Positions 10,965 to 25,731 of a stretch of 64,000 bases of DNA are shown one piece after another. Where the stretch lies: NCBI RefSeq assembly GCF_964355755.1, contig NC_092678.1, forward strand, positions 12,708,352-12,772,351, given 5' to 3'. The stretch's first letter is position 1, and every line of letters starts with the position of its first letter. The stretch is from Antedon mediterranea (taxonomy: Eukaryota; Animalia; Echinodermata). The notes under the pieces were generated by a model. The model was not told the origin of the DNA and made no database searches. It saw only the letters and a list, made by a program, of their open reading frames with translations. The position numbers and the translations under genes were made by a program.

Positions 10965-13900
10965 TTAGCAGCAGTCTTTTTTCATTTTCAAAACGTTGTT
11001 ATACTTTAGGCCACTATCATCATCTGTTAAGGAGATAGACATTACAATTATTATTATTACATAATACCATAACTTATTATATTATATGGAATTATAATTA
11101 TATTATTATGTTTATGAAAATAAAAGAGACATTTTAATTAGTATTTTTATATATTTTCTTATCATCCTAAGGATGAACATATTGCACACAACATCTCACA
11201 CTGTACGAATCATTACAACTCGAACATATTGCACACAACATCTCACACTGTACGAATCATTACAACTCGAACATATTTCACACAACATCTCACACTGTAC
11301 GAATCATTACAACTCGAACATATTGCACACAACGTCTCACACTGTACGAATCATTACAACTCGAACATATTGCACACAACGTCTCACACTGTACGAATCA
11401 TTACAACTCGAACATATTGCACACAACATCTCACACTGTACGAATCATTACAACTCGAACATATTGCACACAACATCTCACACTGTACGAATCATTACAA
11501 CTCAAACATATTGCACACAACATCTCACACTGTACGAATCATTACAACTCGAACATATTGCACACAACATCTCACACTGTACGAATCATTACAACTCGAA
11601 CATATTGCACACAACATCTCACACTGTACGAATCATTACAACTCGAGATGCTTTGACCAAAATTAAATATTACGCAGTACTTAAAATAATATAGTATTTT
11701 TAGTGTATTTCCACATGGATATACTGGCAACGCATTCACAAGCATTTAAAATGAGCTAGCACTTTTGATTTGTCAAATTACTTGCGTTGTGCGTAAGTCT
11801 TTGCATTGCGCACCAACCATAATAGCATTCTTAACCTGTCGTAAGCTTCATACACACTTGAACGGAACGAAGGTCTGCGTCGTTTGATTGAATAATGGAA
11901 ACATTAAACAAAGAATTGACAGGACTTTGTCCGTAAAAATAAACAAAATGTAGCTGTATACGGGAACTATGATTTTATTGATAATTAAGGTAATAATAAC
12001 AACTCACATAGCCAGTTCCCCTCATTAGATCCTGCGGTCTTGAAGTCTGGCAACGTTTTTGATGAGTCCCACTTGTCCTTACTGACAAACTGCCAAGTTA
12101 CTCCATTATCTTTACTGCGCATGTAACTGCGCATATCCTTGTGAATTCCATAGATAAGCCCTTTGGATTGGTCCGAACCAATAACGTTGTGGAGGTACAT
12201 TGGCAGTGCTATTGACGAACAATGTAAATTATGTGTATTTAGGTTCAAAGAGAATGATTTAAACGCAATTTATCAAATTAATTTTACTGAACTAAGGTGA
12301 AGGCGAACCTACTTTGGATTTTCGCCGATTAAAAAAAATGGATATGGTTTGAGGCGCTTCTGCTCTTGATTCGATATAGGATAGTGGTTTTTGGCAGCTG
12401 AAAGTTTTTAAGTGTGTGGAGGTCCATGGTTCAGTGCTACCATTGGGGTTAAAAAATATTAAATCATTAAACTCACCTTTCCATCTCCCGTTTGGTGGAT
12501 CATCTTGTACATAACAGGACGGAACAAACTTCTGGGATAGACGTCCATATGAAGGATTACAAGCAAAAATGATGTAATTAGCTGGATCGTTCAATTTCTT
12601 AGTTATTACAAAACCCCGATCATAATAATCTGTCAACATAAAAATGCAATGTGGGCAATGTATGAGTTATTCGTTGGTTCTTGAAACTAATTTAAATAAT
12701 GATACACGTGCTATACATTGCAGTAATAACTGATTTGCATGGTATTTAAAAAAATCATGTGGAATATAAAGTTACTACACAAAGACAAGTTCACACATCA
12801 CTGCATAAAACAAATGTATGGCATTGTATATTAAAGCTCTTTCTATTAGTGGTAAGTGAGTGTGGCATTGCTAATAATTGCACGTGCAGTCGTCAACACT
12901 AAATACCCAGACTTGGAACGTAGTGTTTTGGATGTTATCAATTATGGCCCCCGTAAAAAAAAAGTTTTTTTTCTTCAAAATATTAACTGATTTGTTTATT
13001 AAAGAAAGTACCTGAAACTGGACAGTTACTAGAATCTCTGACACACACAGTGTGCTTTCCGTCTTCACATTTATGGGCACCAGCTACACAACAATCACAC
13101 TGGTTAGATCCCAAGTCGTAATGGCAGACACATGTCTGAGTATTAGCCCACTTGCTGTATCTCATCACAGTTTCTTTAGCATAGTTTGGTACACGTATCT
13201 CTGACGAATAATTATGTACTCTCTTTTATTTTGTGGTTAGAGTTCAATTTTGTTCCATTTTATTCGACTACACTATTAAGAACGTGGTGCTGGTTTGTAG
13301 GCTTAAAAACTGTTTTACTAAACATTGAATTGATTAAACTAAGAATACTCAAATAAATCAATGGATCAATTTTGTTTATATAAAATCTTGATTTACTTTG
13401 AAACAACCAAATTTGGCGCTTTTCAAATTCGTTCAAATACAGTAGCTATGTATTCTTTATACTACCTTGAGGCATAGAATATTCACAAATGGCTGGTAAG
13501 ATAGCGGTACACTCCATAATGTCCCAGTCTCCAAGATCAGTACTGACGTCGTCTCTTGCGTCATAGATCTCTATATAAGCCGCAGTTCCACAGTCTTTAT
13601 TCGAGCTTGTCCCGGGTCTGTTAGGTAGCCATTTTGTATATGACGCCGATGAACCGTCTGTCCACTTGAACTCATCACCCTGTGTGAAAGTTCATGGTAT
13701 ACACTAAAATTGTTTTTTAAATTGTTAAAATAATTGTTGAATAAACCCACCGATAATAATGAGAAATTTCAGAACACCGTTAACGTAGTAAATGACGAAA
13801 ATAATGTTTAATTTGTCGACGAACATGATAGGACACTAGCCCAATTGCAATCAGATACATTTACACATCCAACTAAAGTAGAACCCCTTAACTTGCAACC

Positions 13901-16900
13901 TTACATTGACTGTGTAGAGAATAACATGGGATTAGCAGCCCCATTCCAAATGAAAGAAGAACAAATTAAGAAACAAACTAATCTAATCATGACAGCACCT
14001 AATGATTCTAATATGAAAATAAACCGAGGTAGATTTAAAGCAGGACATTTCCAAGTTTTAGTTTCGTATTCTAAACCGACATCAGCCAAACGTAACACTG
14101 ATAATACAAAACACGAACCTACTGTTCGCAAATTTTGCGATTTTTTTTAAAATTACGACATTTGCTAAATTAATGATAGCATATAGTCTACGTATTTGAT
14201 GAGATTTGTTTAGTAATGATGTGATTTCAGTTAAAAGAGAATTGAATTTATGTTTAAGTATTGATTTTGTTTTGTTGAATTTTGATGATCGATATATTGC
14301 GATATTGAAAAGAACGACAATCATTTTGTAACAAATATTTTGTTTAACCTTTGAGTCGTTAATCTCAAGCATTAATTAATTGATATACAAAAACAGGAGA
14401 GTAGTACTTTATTTTGTATTTTTTGACATTGAGTACAAAAGTCGAATTTGTCGACCGACCGAAATCGTAATTACCTGTGAATAAAAATGCTTAAATCGAT
14501 AAAGTTGTGACGATAACGATATATTGTGAATAAGTTTGTGTCAACGGGACACACACATTTGTTTCTTTAAAGTTTTAAGTTATTAAGTTTTATATTTTGA
14601 GTCAATTATTGATTTTAGACTAATCAGTCACAGTTTTATTGAGTTTTATGTTATGATTTGATTGATTTATGTTTGAAGGCCTTTAGAACGCGATGAGTTG
14701 TCGCACGATCTGAGGTATGTTCAATGTAACATATTATTCTATACGTTTTGTATTTTTATTTTTAACCGATTTTTGTTTGATTTACGCGAATCCCGTTATT
14801 ATAGATTAGAGTGCATAATTAACAAGAGTCGACTTCGTGACCGATGTTCTTTAGGGAAACCCCACCGCTATGATGTCTTTATTTTAGTAATCCGAGTGTA
14901 GCATGCCTCCAAAGCAACGGACTCACAATTACGTCGATCTTGAACAACACTTTCGTTTTTTATACATTTGTTTTCCAATTTTTTTTTTATGAATTCTTGA
15001 ATTTTATACAAAATTCACTTTTTAATTTTAATTTTTTTAAGAGAGAGAAGAGAGAGAGTGAAAGTGATAAGGTTACACTTCAGAGTCAATGGTTTTGGCT
15101 AACTCAATTTTGCTTATATGTATAATAATGTTTTTTTCCTTTTATATAACTTTAATTTTACATGCCACTAATATAACCACTTTTATATTTTAAATAGATT
15201 AGGAAAAAAAAGGGAGACAGAGGGATGTAATGTAATGATATACTTTTATAATTAAGAAATCAACCTTTGTATTAGAATTCAACTAAGTTCACGAACTTGG
15301 CCCAGAAAGACCAGAGGACAAATTATCCAGATGTTTTAATGTCTATTTAGTTCATAATTAAATCCCAAAAGTAAACAGTTTATTTGACCTCTCTAACCGT
15401 TCCCATCGTAAAACAATTAGATATTGACAGTTTTTAGCAGAGACTCGACAGGGCCATTTCATCATTGTAACCTCCCCAGATAAGATCAATCATTCCCACT
15501 TAAACACCCCTGGATCAACTTAGGACCAATCATTAGCTCCAGAAATGATGTAATGACATATGCTAATGAATCGAAGCCAATATACCCCCAAGTTTCAGAA
15601 AAGCCCAGACACATCTCACAGCCACTTCCCCAGAAGCAGACCTACACACCTCACAGCCACTTCTCCAGAAGCAGACCTACACACCTCACAGCCACTTCCC
15701 CAGGAGCAGACCTACACACCTCACACCTCACCTACAGCATCACTGTATCCTCTATTCCTGTTTCTATATTGTATTGTATTGAGTATATAACGTATTATTG
15801 AATAAACAATATATGTGTTACTACATTCAAGCGAGTAGAGTCTTCATTACAAGTCAGAAACCTCATAACACCATATTACACTAGTAGTATGAAACGTGTA
15901 ATAATTTCTACTTAAATTCACGTCATTTGATTAGCCATGATATATCTTCAACAATACTTCTTTTATTACATCGTTTTGTTCATGGTATCGTTTTTAAACA
16001 ATTATTATCCTTTAAAAGTAATAAATATAAAAATATAATAATATAATATAATACTTACTCCAACGTCTTTCAAACCAATCCAATATCTGTAAGGAGATTG
16101 TATAGAAACAAGGCCCCGAAGAAATTGTTGTTCAAAAGCATCTTTGATCGTGACTAATTGAGCAGTGTCTGCTTCACAAGCCACCTTTGCTGCATCCCAA
16201 GTTTCTAGCGTGTCGTTGAACACTCGGTAACACGTTTCCTTGTAAGGTGTATAACCAGGTCGACATACATCTTAGATTTAAAAGTTAATAGTATAATAAT
16301 TCACTTCGCAAAATGATCGGTATATTCTCTAAAAATGACATTATTACTATTTAACGCCATGGGCAAATTCCAAGATTATAGCGTCACATATTATGTATCA
16401 CATGTGACGACTTTTAGTGCGATTCGGTTTAACATTGCTAAAAGATAAACATATGGCGTGCCATAGGTATACGTGAGCTAGAATCAATGTTGTTGAGCTC
16501 GTAAAAAAATACATAACATAAACAGAAGACTTAGGGCTATGTTAAGACATTTGTGTCATGTATTCGTGATACTAGAAAAGATGTAGATACAGTACGACAA
16601 ATGTGTACTGTATAATTACATTGATTGTAAACGAACAAACAGAAATCAAATGTAATAAAACTAGAAAAGAAACTAAAACGAAATTAAACGATGTATGCAC
16701 ACATCTAGTTCCAGATTATTTAGGCATGTAATAGTAGTTCAATTCATTCCATACAGTAACATAGTATCTACATAAACATTCCAGAATAAGAGTATGTTTA
16801 GATTTAAGAAACCATGTATAATTAATATAAGAACAATTAGGAATACTAGATGGTTCGCTCGCGCACCCTCTAGTGGGTGTACCCGAATGGTCTTCGAAAA

Positions 16901-19900
16901 CATGACCAACGCCTCTGGAAATTGAAGCCCGGGTGACACCTATGCATATGACTGATGAGTAATGTATTTTTATTTTGTGATGTTTCATGGTGGTCCATAA
17001 ATTAGGTACGCCAAAAATATCGCTTCCAGGGTAATATAGCAAATTAGAGTTTACAAAATGTACGAATAGAGAACAATATAGGCTAATTATTATATTTGGT
17101 CTTCCGCCGATCAATGTGTGTGTGAGATTTGAACCTGTACTGAAAATAAGGTTGGTAAGATGCAAAATGTATACCAATTATGATTGATTACGTCCCCTGT
17201 CAGTAATGATGTATGGACACTTGACAGCAATCGGTGGTTAGGAACGTAAAGGGGAAAAGTTACTCAATAGATTTATTTATTTGTAAACAAAATGTACATT
17301 AATTCTCCCTGTAATGATGTAAAAACTTTCAACAATTGGCATTACTACAATTGGTATTAATGCAAATAATATAATTGTAAAGAACAGTATACGTATAATG
17401 TACATATTATATTATTATATATATTATCTGAACGTTACACACAGGAGGAAACCGTTAATAGGGGTCATCAATCACTGAAACAGTCTCTAACGTGACCGTA
17501 CCAAGAGACCATGAAGCATAGTTTATCAACGTGGGTGACAGTGAGTGGGGCTTTAACATTTGTATCACAATATATCATGACAACAGCATCTTGTTAATTT
17601 TGGAACAAAATGATCAAATAACAACTTTCGTAGCCTACTTATATTTCGGTCGTAGTAGACACCATTTAGGCCTATAATTATAAATAGAGCAAGCAACAGA
17701 AATAATCGATAAACAGTAAAGGTGTTTCCATGGTAGGCCTGGCCTCCTATAGTAACATTGAATCGCACCTAAATTTGATAAAATGATTAATATAATTAGT
17801 TCAATTACTGAAACAAATTGTATTTCACGTAGGCCTAAAGTAAAGGCCTTTATAATTGATTAGTTGAATATCTAGGCTAAAACAAATAAATTGTAGTTCA
17901 CGATTCAGTTGAATCACTAACATCACATTGTAGTTCGCGTAAAAGTAAAGGCCTTCAATAAAAGTTAAATTACTAAAACAAATTGTAGTTCACGTAAAGT
18001 AAATGCCTTTAATCAATATAACTGATTAGTTGAATATCTAAAACAATCTAATTTCAGTAGTTCACGATACGTTGAACACTAAAATATTTTTGTATTTAAT
18101 ATTGAATTATTAAACGGCCATTTTGCCGGAAGTGACGAACCCGGAAGCCAGTTGAACAACAGCGCGAGTGTGTGAAAATAACCCTGTGATCCACAAATTT
18201 CGATAGGTAACGCTAAATTTTGTCGTTGTAAACGACAAAAATGGAACAATAGCGTCGATGTGAAAACTAATGAGATAGATGAGGTAGGTATCCAAGGCGG
18301 AGATTTGTACCGAAGTTTTTGCATTGTGCTCGCCTATGTCAGAACTAACCATAATTTATATATAGATTCCAGAAGTATACTATTAATAAAAACTGTAATC
18401 CAAAAGAGTAATAAGTATAAGGAATGATCTGGAAGGTTATGAACATATTGTATATAAATGGAAGTATGACATTTGTAAAGAGGGAGAAGAAGGATTTTTG
18501 ATTAAAGCATTTATTTTGAAGAAGGTTGGATATTAGATTGTAAAAGTTATTGTGAAGTCGTTGTTTAAAGTATTTACTGGATTGTTGAAAGTTGAAGTTG
18601 ATTGAAATTAATTTTTAGTTATTTTACAACTTTGAGGATTTTGTTTATATACTTTTATGTCACAAGGGACTTCCTAAAATATTTTCAACCGCTCGAAAAC
18701 ATTCAGATTCAGATAATTCAGATAATATTTATTTAGATAATAATGAATGAATATATACAAAATAGAAAAAAGATATTAAAGTGAACATAGATAAAGCAGT
18801 AATTGGTAGTCATTATTATCATGGATCCCTTCTAGAAGTTAAAAACTTGTCTCGTAGGGACCCACAACAAAACACATTACTAAAAAAATAAAAATAACCT
18901 AGAATATATAATTATATAATTTAGGATAAAAAATTACAGTATAACAACATAACTAACATCTTCTTTATAAAAATTATTTAAATTATATTTCAATAGTTTC
19001 ATGATAATTATAAATGAAATAACTACCGATATTGGTAAATGAAAAAAAAATATGTATACATAAATTATAATTCCAGTATATATATGTGGAATATATATAT
19101 ATTTACATACGTAAAATGAGTTCGTGACAAAGCATAGAAGAAATATTACCAATCTTTGGATAAGTTTATAGCAAATATAACATTTACGCTTATTCATTTA
19201 GAACGATTTTGCTTTAGGTTCTGAAATGTAACGCTTACCTCCACATCCAATATCTGGTCTGTCCGAATACTCAAACTGAAAAAGATTGGTAGAACCTAGA
19301 ACTTTTGAGCTAACCGTTGAGTGCCACAACAAATCAGCCACCCCGACAAAACGTCGAGTGCCAGGAGCACTTTTACCATTTTTGTCGATTCCCAAGCGTA
19401 CACGGAAAGTTGGCTTTGCGGCAATCTGAATGGTTCCAAGCTGTAAAATAAATAAAGCCTTACTAAATTTTCTATCGCCCTAGTTAGTATTTTCTTCCTT
19501 TTGGAAAACTGAAAATGAAAAAAAAACACCCACGCCAATCGTGTTGAAATAAAGTAATTTATATAGGCCGAAAGAACATCTGTCAAGCCAAGCTTGATTT
19601 TTTCCTGGCTGATATTAGACCAACGGTTATTTCTTACTTATTATTATCATTCTGAGGAGGATGCTCGAAATATTCTCTCTCATCATTCAAAACTTGAAGT
19701 AGGTTTCCTTGCATTTTTAACAAGCTTGCTTTGTGGAACCGTACATAAATGAATGATATACGGTAACTTTATTGCAGAATAACTTACATTCAATCGAACA
19801 GGAGTTGGACCAGGCATACTTGTGTTTACCACTGGCGGCTGCAACAGCTCTGTGTATTCCGATTCAATGCTAATATACTGGACGTTTTTCGACGTCATTA

Positions 19901-21579
19901 TTGTAAAAGTTACGTCTACCGCTTTTCCTGTTGAGTTCCCCTCATGCCATATTGCAATCAATAGTATTACATCTTCACTAGAAACATAGACCAGAATACA
20001 ATATTAATTTGTTCGTTGTAGTCATAACAATTTCACCAACTATAAACATTCATGAATGTTTATACCTGTCAATCAAATAATGTACATCAAACAGGAATTT
20101 TTAGAGATCATCGGTATTTTACATTCGTTTTCTAAATATCAGCATTATTTATAACAGACGTTACCGTATCAGCTACAGTATCATCGTATTGATGGAAGAT
20201 TAGATGATTAGTAAATATTCTGACGATGATTGTGAATTTGATATTATTTAGAATCAGTAGGTTGTTTATATTTGTAACCTTGGCTACCAATCCAGTTTCT
20301 ACATTTTTGGTTTAGTCTATACTTTTATTATATTAAAATAAAGAGTTTTATCCAAGAAAGACGCATACCGTTTTACTCACCCTTTATAAAATGAATTAGT
20401 TTCGTATAAAATCTTAAATGACATCTTCGGTTCTTGGACTTTGTTAATCAATGTATGGACAGGTACTTCTCCAACCCAGATGTGAGTACCGTCACCAATC
20501 TGCATTCCTATTCCTAACCAGTGCTCAGAACCATTGACTACTTCGTCTGTATCGTCTAGAACAACTTCTACTTCAAACGCTAAGACGTTATTGGAAGCGT
20601 CTTGGTCGGTCACCTCGATAAATCCGTCAATCCGCGTCAACGACCAGTCTTTAAGAATGCCATAGACATCATCCGTGGCAATGTACTGCGTCTGAAGAGC
20701 ATAATAACAGAACTCTGTCGAGTATGTACAGTATAAAGAGTCACTAACAAATGAAACCGACACTTTGTTAATACTCCACTGGTTACTTGTCTTGTTTGTT
20801 GAAAAGTTGTATGGCAGCGTGACTTCAATTATGGGATCGGCGGTTCCTTTTGGAAACTCAACAACAAGGTTTATATGCACCGTTTGACCAACGTTTACAA
20901 AAACGTTACCATCTTCAGACTGGTCGGTAACGTTCATCAAGAAATGCGGTAGTTTGCTGAAACCGACATTGACAGCTTCTTCTGCGGAGACTAAGCCGGG
21001 GTCATTAATCTCAGCCTTAATGTTAACTCGTAGATTAACTCCAGGTTTCACATCAGCTATAACAAGATGTACAGATATAATAAATGGAAGCATGAATATG
21101 TAGTAAATAACAGTTCTTTTATGACTCCTCCACAAACTAAAAAAAAAAACCCTGATGGAGAAAATATCATTTTCTTTTATTTATAATTATAAAGCTTTTT
21201 AAACATTCTCTAGTACTTTTTAGACAGGATGATATCTTTTGATGCACCTAGGTTGTAGATAAGAACCTTAAAACATTGTTAATCATCATCATTAATAGTA
21301 GTCAGATGTTTTGAAGTAACTTGTACTGTATACTAACACTTGCGACAGAATTAGCAAGGGATGCTCGGGACAGTAAACGATTCAACCATTTTAATGATTT
21401 ACTAATCAGTTTAATATTTAATACAGTTAATCTTCATAATAAAACACAATTTAGTTACCATTAACAGTAGAATTTATGGTCCCTTCAAATTGAATGTCAG
21501 ATAAAAAGTAAGAAATACTACTAAAAGATAAGATAATTTCTGATGTAACACCTACGGCTGGGGTGACAACAAAGTGGCT
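10965..21579 (-). CDS. Intact 3' portion of a mosaic extracellular protein: beta-rich repeats, C-type lectin domain, Cys-rich module, Asp-box (BNR) module, ending ..KKDCC*
   Basis: Phase-consistent exons (minus): 21459-21579, 20381-21056, 19788-19977, 19239-19440, 16059-16270, 13466-13679, 13012-13200, 12477-12629, 12008-12208, 10965-11023 (stop 10965-10967). No stops found in these exons. Confidence 0.75.
11175..11646. repeat. 47-bp minisatellite, 10 copies
   Basis: Unit GAACATATTGCACACAACATCTCACACTGTACGAATCATTACAACTC. Explains the overlapping repetitive ORFs at 11173-11694. Confidence 0.97.
13466..16270 (-). CDS. C-type lectin-like domain (two exons: 16059-16270 and 13466-13679)
   Basis: CRPGYTPYKETCYRVF...TWDAAKVACE...LVTI...YWIGLKD / FKWTDGS...YTKW..RPG...DC...WDIMEC...AICE has the canonical CTLD Cys/Trp and WIGL pattern. 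Confidence 0.9.
15616..15725. repeat. 35-bp tandem repeat, ~3 copies
   Basis: Unit TCACAGCCACTTCCCCAGAAGCAGACCTACACACC. Confidence 0.9.
16846..18366 (-). mobile_element. Candidate non-autonomous Helitron (~1.5 kb)
   Basis: On the minus strand it begins A|TCTATATATAAATTATGG (18366) and ends ...CACCC-ACTAGA-GGGTG...CATCTAG|T (16846): 5' TC, subterminal hairpin, 3' CTAG, inserted between A and T. The first ~95 bp recur at 25732-25826. Confidence 0.55.
18114..18150 (-). promoter_or_regulatory. Promoter-like motif cluster (YY1-like AAAATGGC plus two ETS-like CCGGAAG) inside the Helitron candidate
   Basis: AACGGCCATTTTGCCGGAAGTGACGAACCCGGAAGCC is a GC-rich patch in AT-rich surroundings. Motif match only, no functional evidence. 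Confidence 0.35.
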
Positions 21580-21945
21580 CTGAAAAAGAAAGTATAACTG
21601 AAGCATGATATCTCATAAATTTACCAAACCGCAATATACTTTAAACAAGAAAATTAAACAATAAAATAATCCCAGCAGATCGCAATATTTTTAAGGCAGA
21701 AATTACGCTGTTTAATATGGATAAAATTATTACTGTGACGTAAGTATAGTCATACAATGAAACGTGAATATATGTTCCATTTCACATAATCCCGTGACGT
21801 CATGGCTAACATAGACGGCAACAATTGCAAGATAGCTTTCCTATTTCCTAAACATAATTCTCTTTCTCTAAAATTGACCTCATGAACAGAAGAATGCCAA
21901 GTAACAAAATAATTATTAAGAAAGAAACCAAACTTACTGTTTTGG

Positions 21946-22391
21946 TTGAGTTTGTATTTCCGTTTCCTGTCAGAGTCCATACAAAAGGATTAGAGGACAT
22001 ATCGAACTGAAAACGAGGTTTATACTAGATTACATTGAGTTTGTATTTCCGTTTCCTGTCAGAGTCCATACAAAAGGATTAGAGGACATATCGAACTGAA
22101 AACGAGGTTTATACTAGATTACATTGAGTTTGTATTTCCGTTTCCTGTCAGAGTCCATACAAAAGGATTTGAGGACATATCGAACTGAAAACGAGGTTTA
22201 TACTAGATTAGATTGAGTTTGTATTTCCGTTTCCTGTCAGAGTCCATACAAAAGGATTAGAGGACATATCTAACTGAAAACGAGGTTTATACTAGATTAG
22301 ATTGAGTTTGTATTTCCGTTTCCTGTCAGAGTCCATACAAAAAGATTAGAGGACATATCGAACTGAAAACGAGGTTTATACTAGATTAGAT
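21946..22391. repeat. 89-bp tandem repeat, 5 copies
   Basis: Unit TTGAGTTTGTATTTCCGTTTCCTGTCAGAGTCCATACAAAAGGATTAGAGGACATATCGAACTGAAAACGAGGTTTATACTAGATTA(C/G)A. Confidence 0.96.
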
Positions 22392-25300
22392 TTACTGTAA
22401 GTGATGTTGACGACTCTCAATAGCGGATCTTTTATACTAATTATGATAATTAATCTTATTTTTTTTTTGTATTTTACCCAACGAAGACCTAAAATGCTGA
22501 TAATGCATTTGCAGCTCATATACTGTGGAACAATTAAACATTTCTCTAATTCAACTCATGATACACATTCTATTGAAGTTGTCAAAACCATTTTTTATTT
22601 TTTTCCCATCTTAAAAGTGCTCTGGGGCTATACAAATTCGACAACATCAAATTTAACGTGCCTATGCAACTATTGCCGTTATATTACACACGCATAAGCT
22701 TTAAACTTTGACCCAATGTATTTAAATTATTCATATTTTATTTTTATTGTATTTTATTAATTTGAAATTAAAATGTTATGTTTCAAAGAAGAATCAAATT
22801 TATTTAGTTACCAGAGAAAAAGATTGATAGAGATGGCAGCAGAAATATTACTTACTTTACTATTATTGCCTCGTATTTCAAACGTATCACCTCCAAACCG
22901 CTAGAACTTACACATCATAATTCCGTAAAGCTAGTGGTATTCTAGTTAAATTTAGCCGTACGGTAAACAGTATACTAACGGGAATTACGTATGTGCATGT
23001 TAACTGAGAGTTGGTAGGGTACAAGTAAAGAAAACCAGGTTGATATTCTTAAAGATTAGTTAAATGAAACAGAGTAATATATTATAAGCATGTATTCATG
23101 TTAGTTCTACTGTTACAGTGCCTTAGATAAGCACTTTCACGATAATAAAGATATATACCTCCATATTTTCAGCTGTAAGGGTGACTGTAAAGTCTGTTCC
23201 GGATGTCAATCCAGTAGTATTGATGAAGAAGTCCGTCTTCACTTTGTCTCCTGCTCCATAGTAGAATTTTGAATCGTTAACATTTATGCTCACATCCATG
23301 ACGGTATCAATAACTTAAGTTAACAGTAAAAAAAAATCAAATGGTTTACGATTAGCTAGAAAAATATATGATTTTATTGACGATACTTTATCGTGATTTT
23401 TGGAAAGCGAAGAATATTCCACTGTGTTTAAATCGGCAAATTACAACATACATGTAATGCTTTTGGCGGATTTTAAGATAAAGTTTAACAAATAATTACC
23501 TGGACAACCGTAAAGTTCCATTCTTAAACTTGGCCATCCACGTGCCTTATATGGATAAATTCGAATGTATCGAGCATTTACAGGAGAATTAAAAGAATTG
23601 ATAACGACACTGTATTTATTAAAATTTCCCGGAAACCGCTACAAATAAGATGTACAGATATCAATTTTTGATGATCTATTTTGTTTTCTCTTTTGTGGGG
23701 GCAGTCCACTATTATTGCACATATAAAAAACAATATGATAAAAGTTAGATAGATATCTGTCTATCTGTCTGAGAAAATTTATATTACAGAGCTAAAACGA
23801 TATAAAGATTGAAATTCAGTAATGAGATTCGGTATAATAATGATAAAATGATATATTGCACTATAGGCTAAGATTGTGGTTTGTGTAAATACTTTGATAA
23901 AATTGTATATTTTTACATTGATAAATAAAGACATTTCGAACATAATATTGCTTTAAAGATTTACATAAATTATATGATAAAATAAACTAATATACATTGC
24001 AAAGCTAAACCCAATTTTAAGCTACAATTACCTTTTTAATAATATTACGATAATTTAATAATTCATGGCTTTTATCTTGCTTGAATAAATTGATAATAGT
24101 CAGACACTTGACTGCCTGTAACTGCCATATATCTAGTCTTGAAAATAAAAAAAATGCTAAGAGTAAAATTACTTACTCCACCTTCTTCAGCAGTTATTTC
24201 CCAAAAAGTAGTTCCATTTGTACTGTATTTGACCCTGTATTCCTCAACATATTTTTTATTGGTATTTCCTTGAGTGGCGACTTTAGTTACTTTGGTAATG
24301 TTACCAAGATCAACTTGAATCCAATGATTTTTGGGATTACCTGTTGCAGATGCCCAACACGATCTACCATGAAGTCTTCCCTTATACGGTTGAAAGTGAT
24401 TAAGAGAACTATCAGCCGTCATCTGATTATCAGAAATTGCACCACTCTCAATTCCCAGAGCTGTATTGCACGATTTTATGAGTAAAATTTTGCTTACCAA
24501 TTCAATTCATTATCATTTGATATTATGTTTTAGCAATCAATCAATCAAAGAGAATATAGACTTGGGTTTTTATGGAATAAACACTGCCAAATTTATTATT
24601 TGAACATTATTGTAAATATATATGTAAATGTATATAGTTCTGTTGAGTTTTCTCTATCTCTCATACGTGGTGTACCGAAAACTTCATAATAATCCACATA
24701 TTTGAACCTTATTATGTAATTACCTGCACATCTCTAAAGTTCTATTCTCAAACTTGGCCAATCAACCCAGGCTTTTAGATAAATACGAATATATTGAGCG
24801 TTTACAGGAGAGGAAAACGAATTAATAACAACACTGTTTTCATCAACATTTCCGATAAACATCTAGAATTTAGGAAATAAACATATCATTATTATATTAT
24901 TAAATTATGTAAGATTTTTCCGATTATTCATTAATTTTAATATTTATGAATATTGTCCCAATGATTGTTCCTTTGAGTTATTAGAGTGATGTTAGGCCAG
25001 AACCACCGGTAGATGGCGCTGTACATGACCAGAACTTTAACGGAACACACTGAATACTTTCGTAGAAAAAAATCAGGTAATGACTTAAATGCCCTAGATA
25101 TGTATGTTGTAGCTATCATTTTGACATTGTATCACATGGAACGCCTTATAATAGTTTCAAGAAACGCAGAAAACGTACGAAACAGTATATATCTGTGCCA
25201 ACAAGTGAATTTTATAATTTTATTTAAAATACCTGTGACGTCACAAAGAACGTCATCTTCGGCATATATTCTGACGCAACGTCTTTGGAAGCATAGGGAT

Positions 25301-25731
25301 GTTCGGAAATATCACCCAAACAAAGTTAAAAATAATCATGCTGATTGGTGGATTAAAATAAATTTCTTTTAACAATTTCAACAAATTTTCGAGTGGGGAT
25401 TATTATTCAAAGTGATTTTTTTATTGGGGAGGTTTTGGGCGTTATTCAAATAAATACCATCCTAATAATTAATACATTATTTAATTTAAACATCTTTTGA
25501 AACTAACTTCCGCGCCGTTTCTGCCCAAGAAGAAAGACGTTGTAGACGGCTTGCAACATGGGCAGACGTATCCTGGTCCTAACTGGACACAGATAGCCCA
25601 CAGTTATTGAAAATCTACTAATGAAATCAGAAACTTGGTGTTAAACCCTTTATAATACCTTCCTAATAACTATGGAACAATATCGTAAAAGTGGAAAATA
25701 ATTTTATCAAATCTACGTTTTGCGTTACATC

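Noticed and set aside
11173-11694. Long His/Thr-rich ORFs
   Set aside because: Artefacts of a 47-bp stop-free minisatellite lying antisense in an intron.
13845-14150. 101-aa ORF and overlapping antisense ORFs
   Set aside because: No recognisable motif or splice context; intronic and possibly an old repeat remnant.
18380-18870. Possible LINE 3' remnant on minus with (TCTGAA)-type tail
   Set aside because: Too degraded to support with a translatable motif.
20165-20298. Open exon-like segment on minus (ETGLVAKVTNINN...DDTVADT) with AG/GT ends
   Set aside because: Its phases (1 in, 0 out) do not fit the phase-2 intron it sits in, and the flanking exons join correctly without it. It may be a vestige but is unsupported.
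25508-25614. GC-richer exon-like patch in the discoidin intron
   Set aside because: No similarity to the host domains and incompatible phase; more likely the interior of the adjacent Helitron-like copy.
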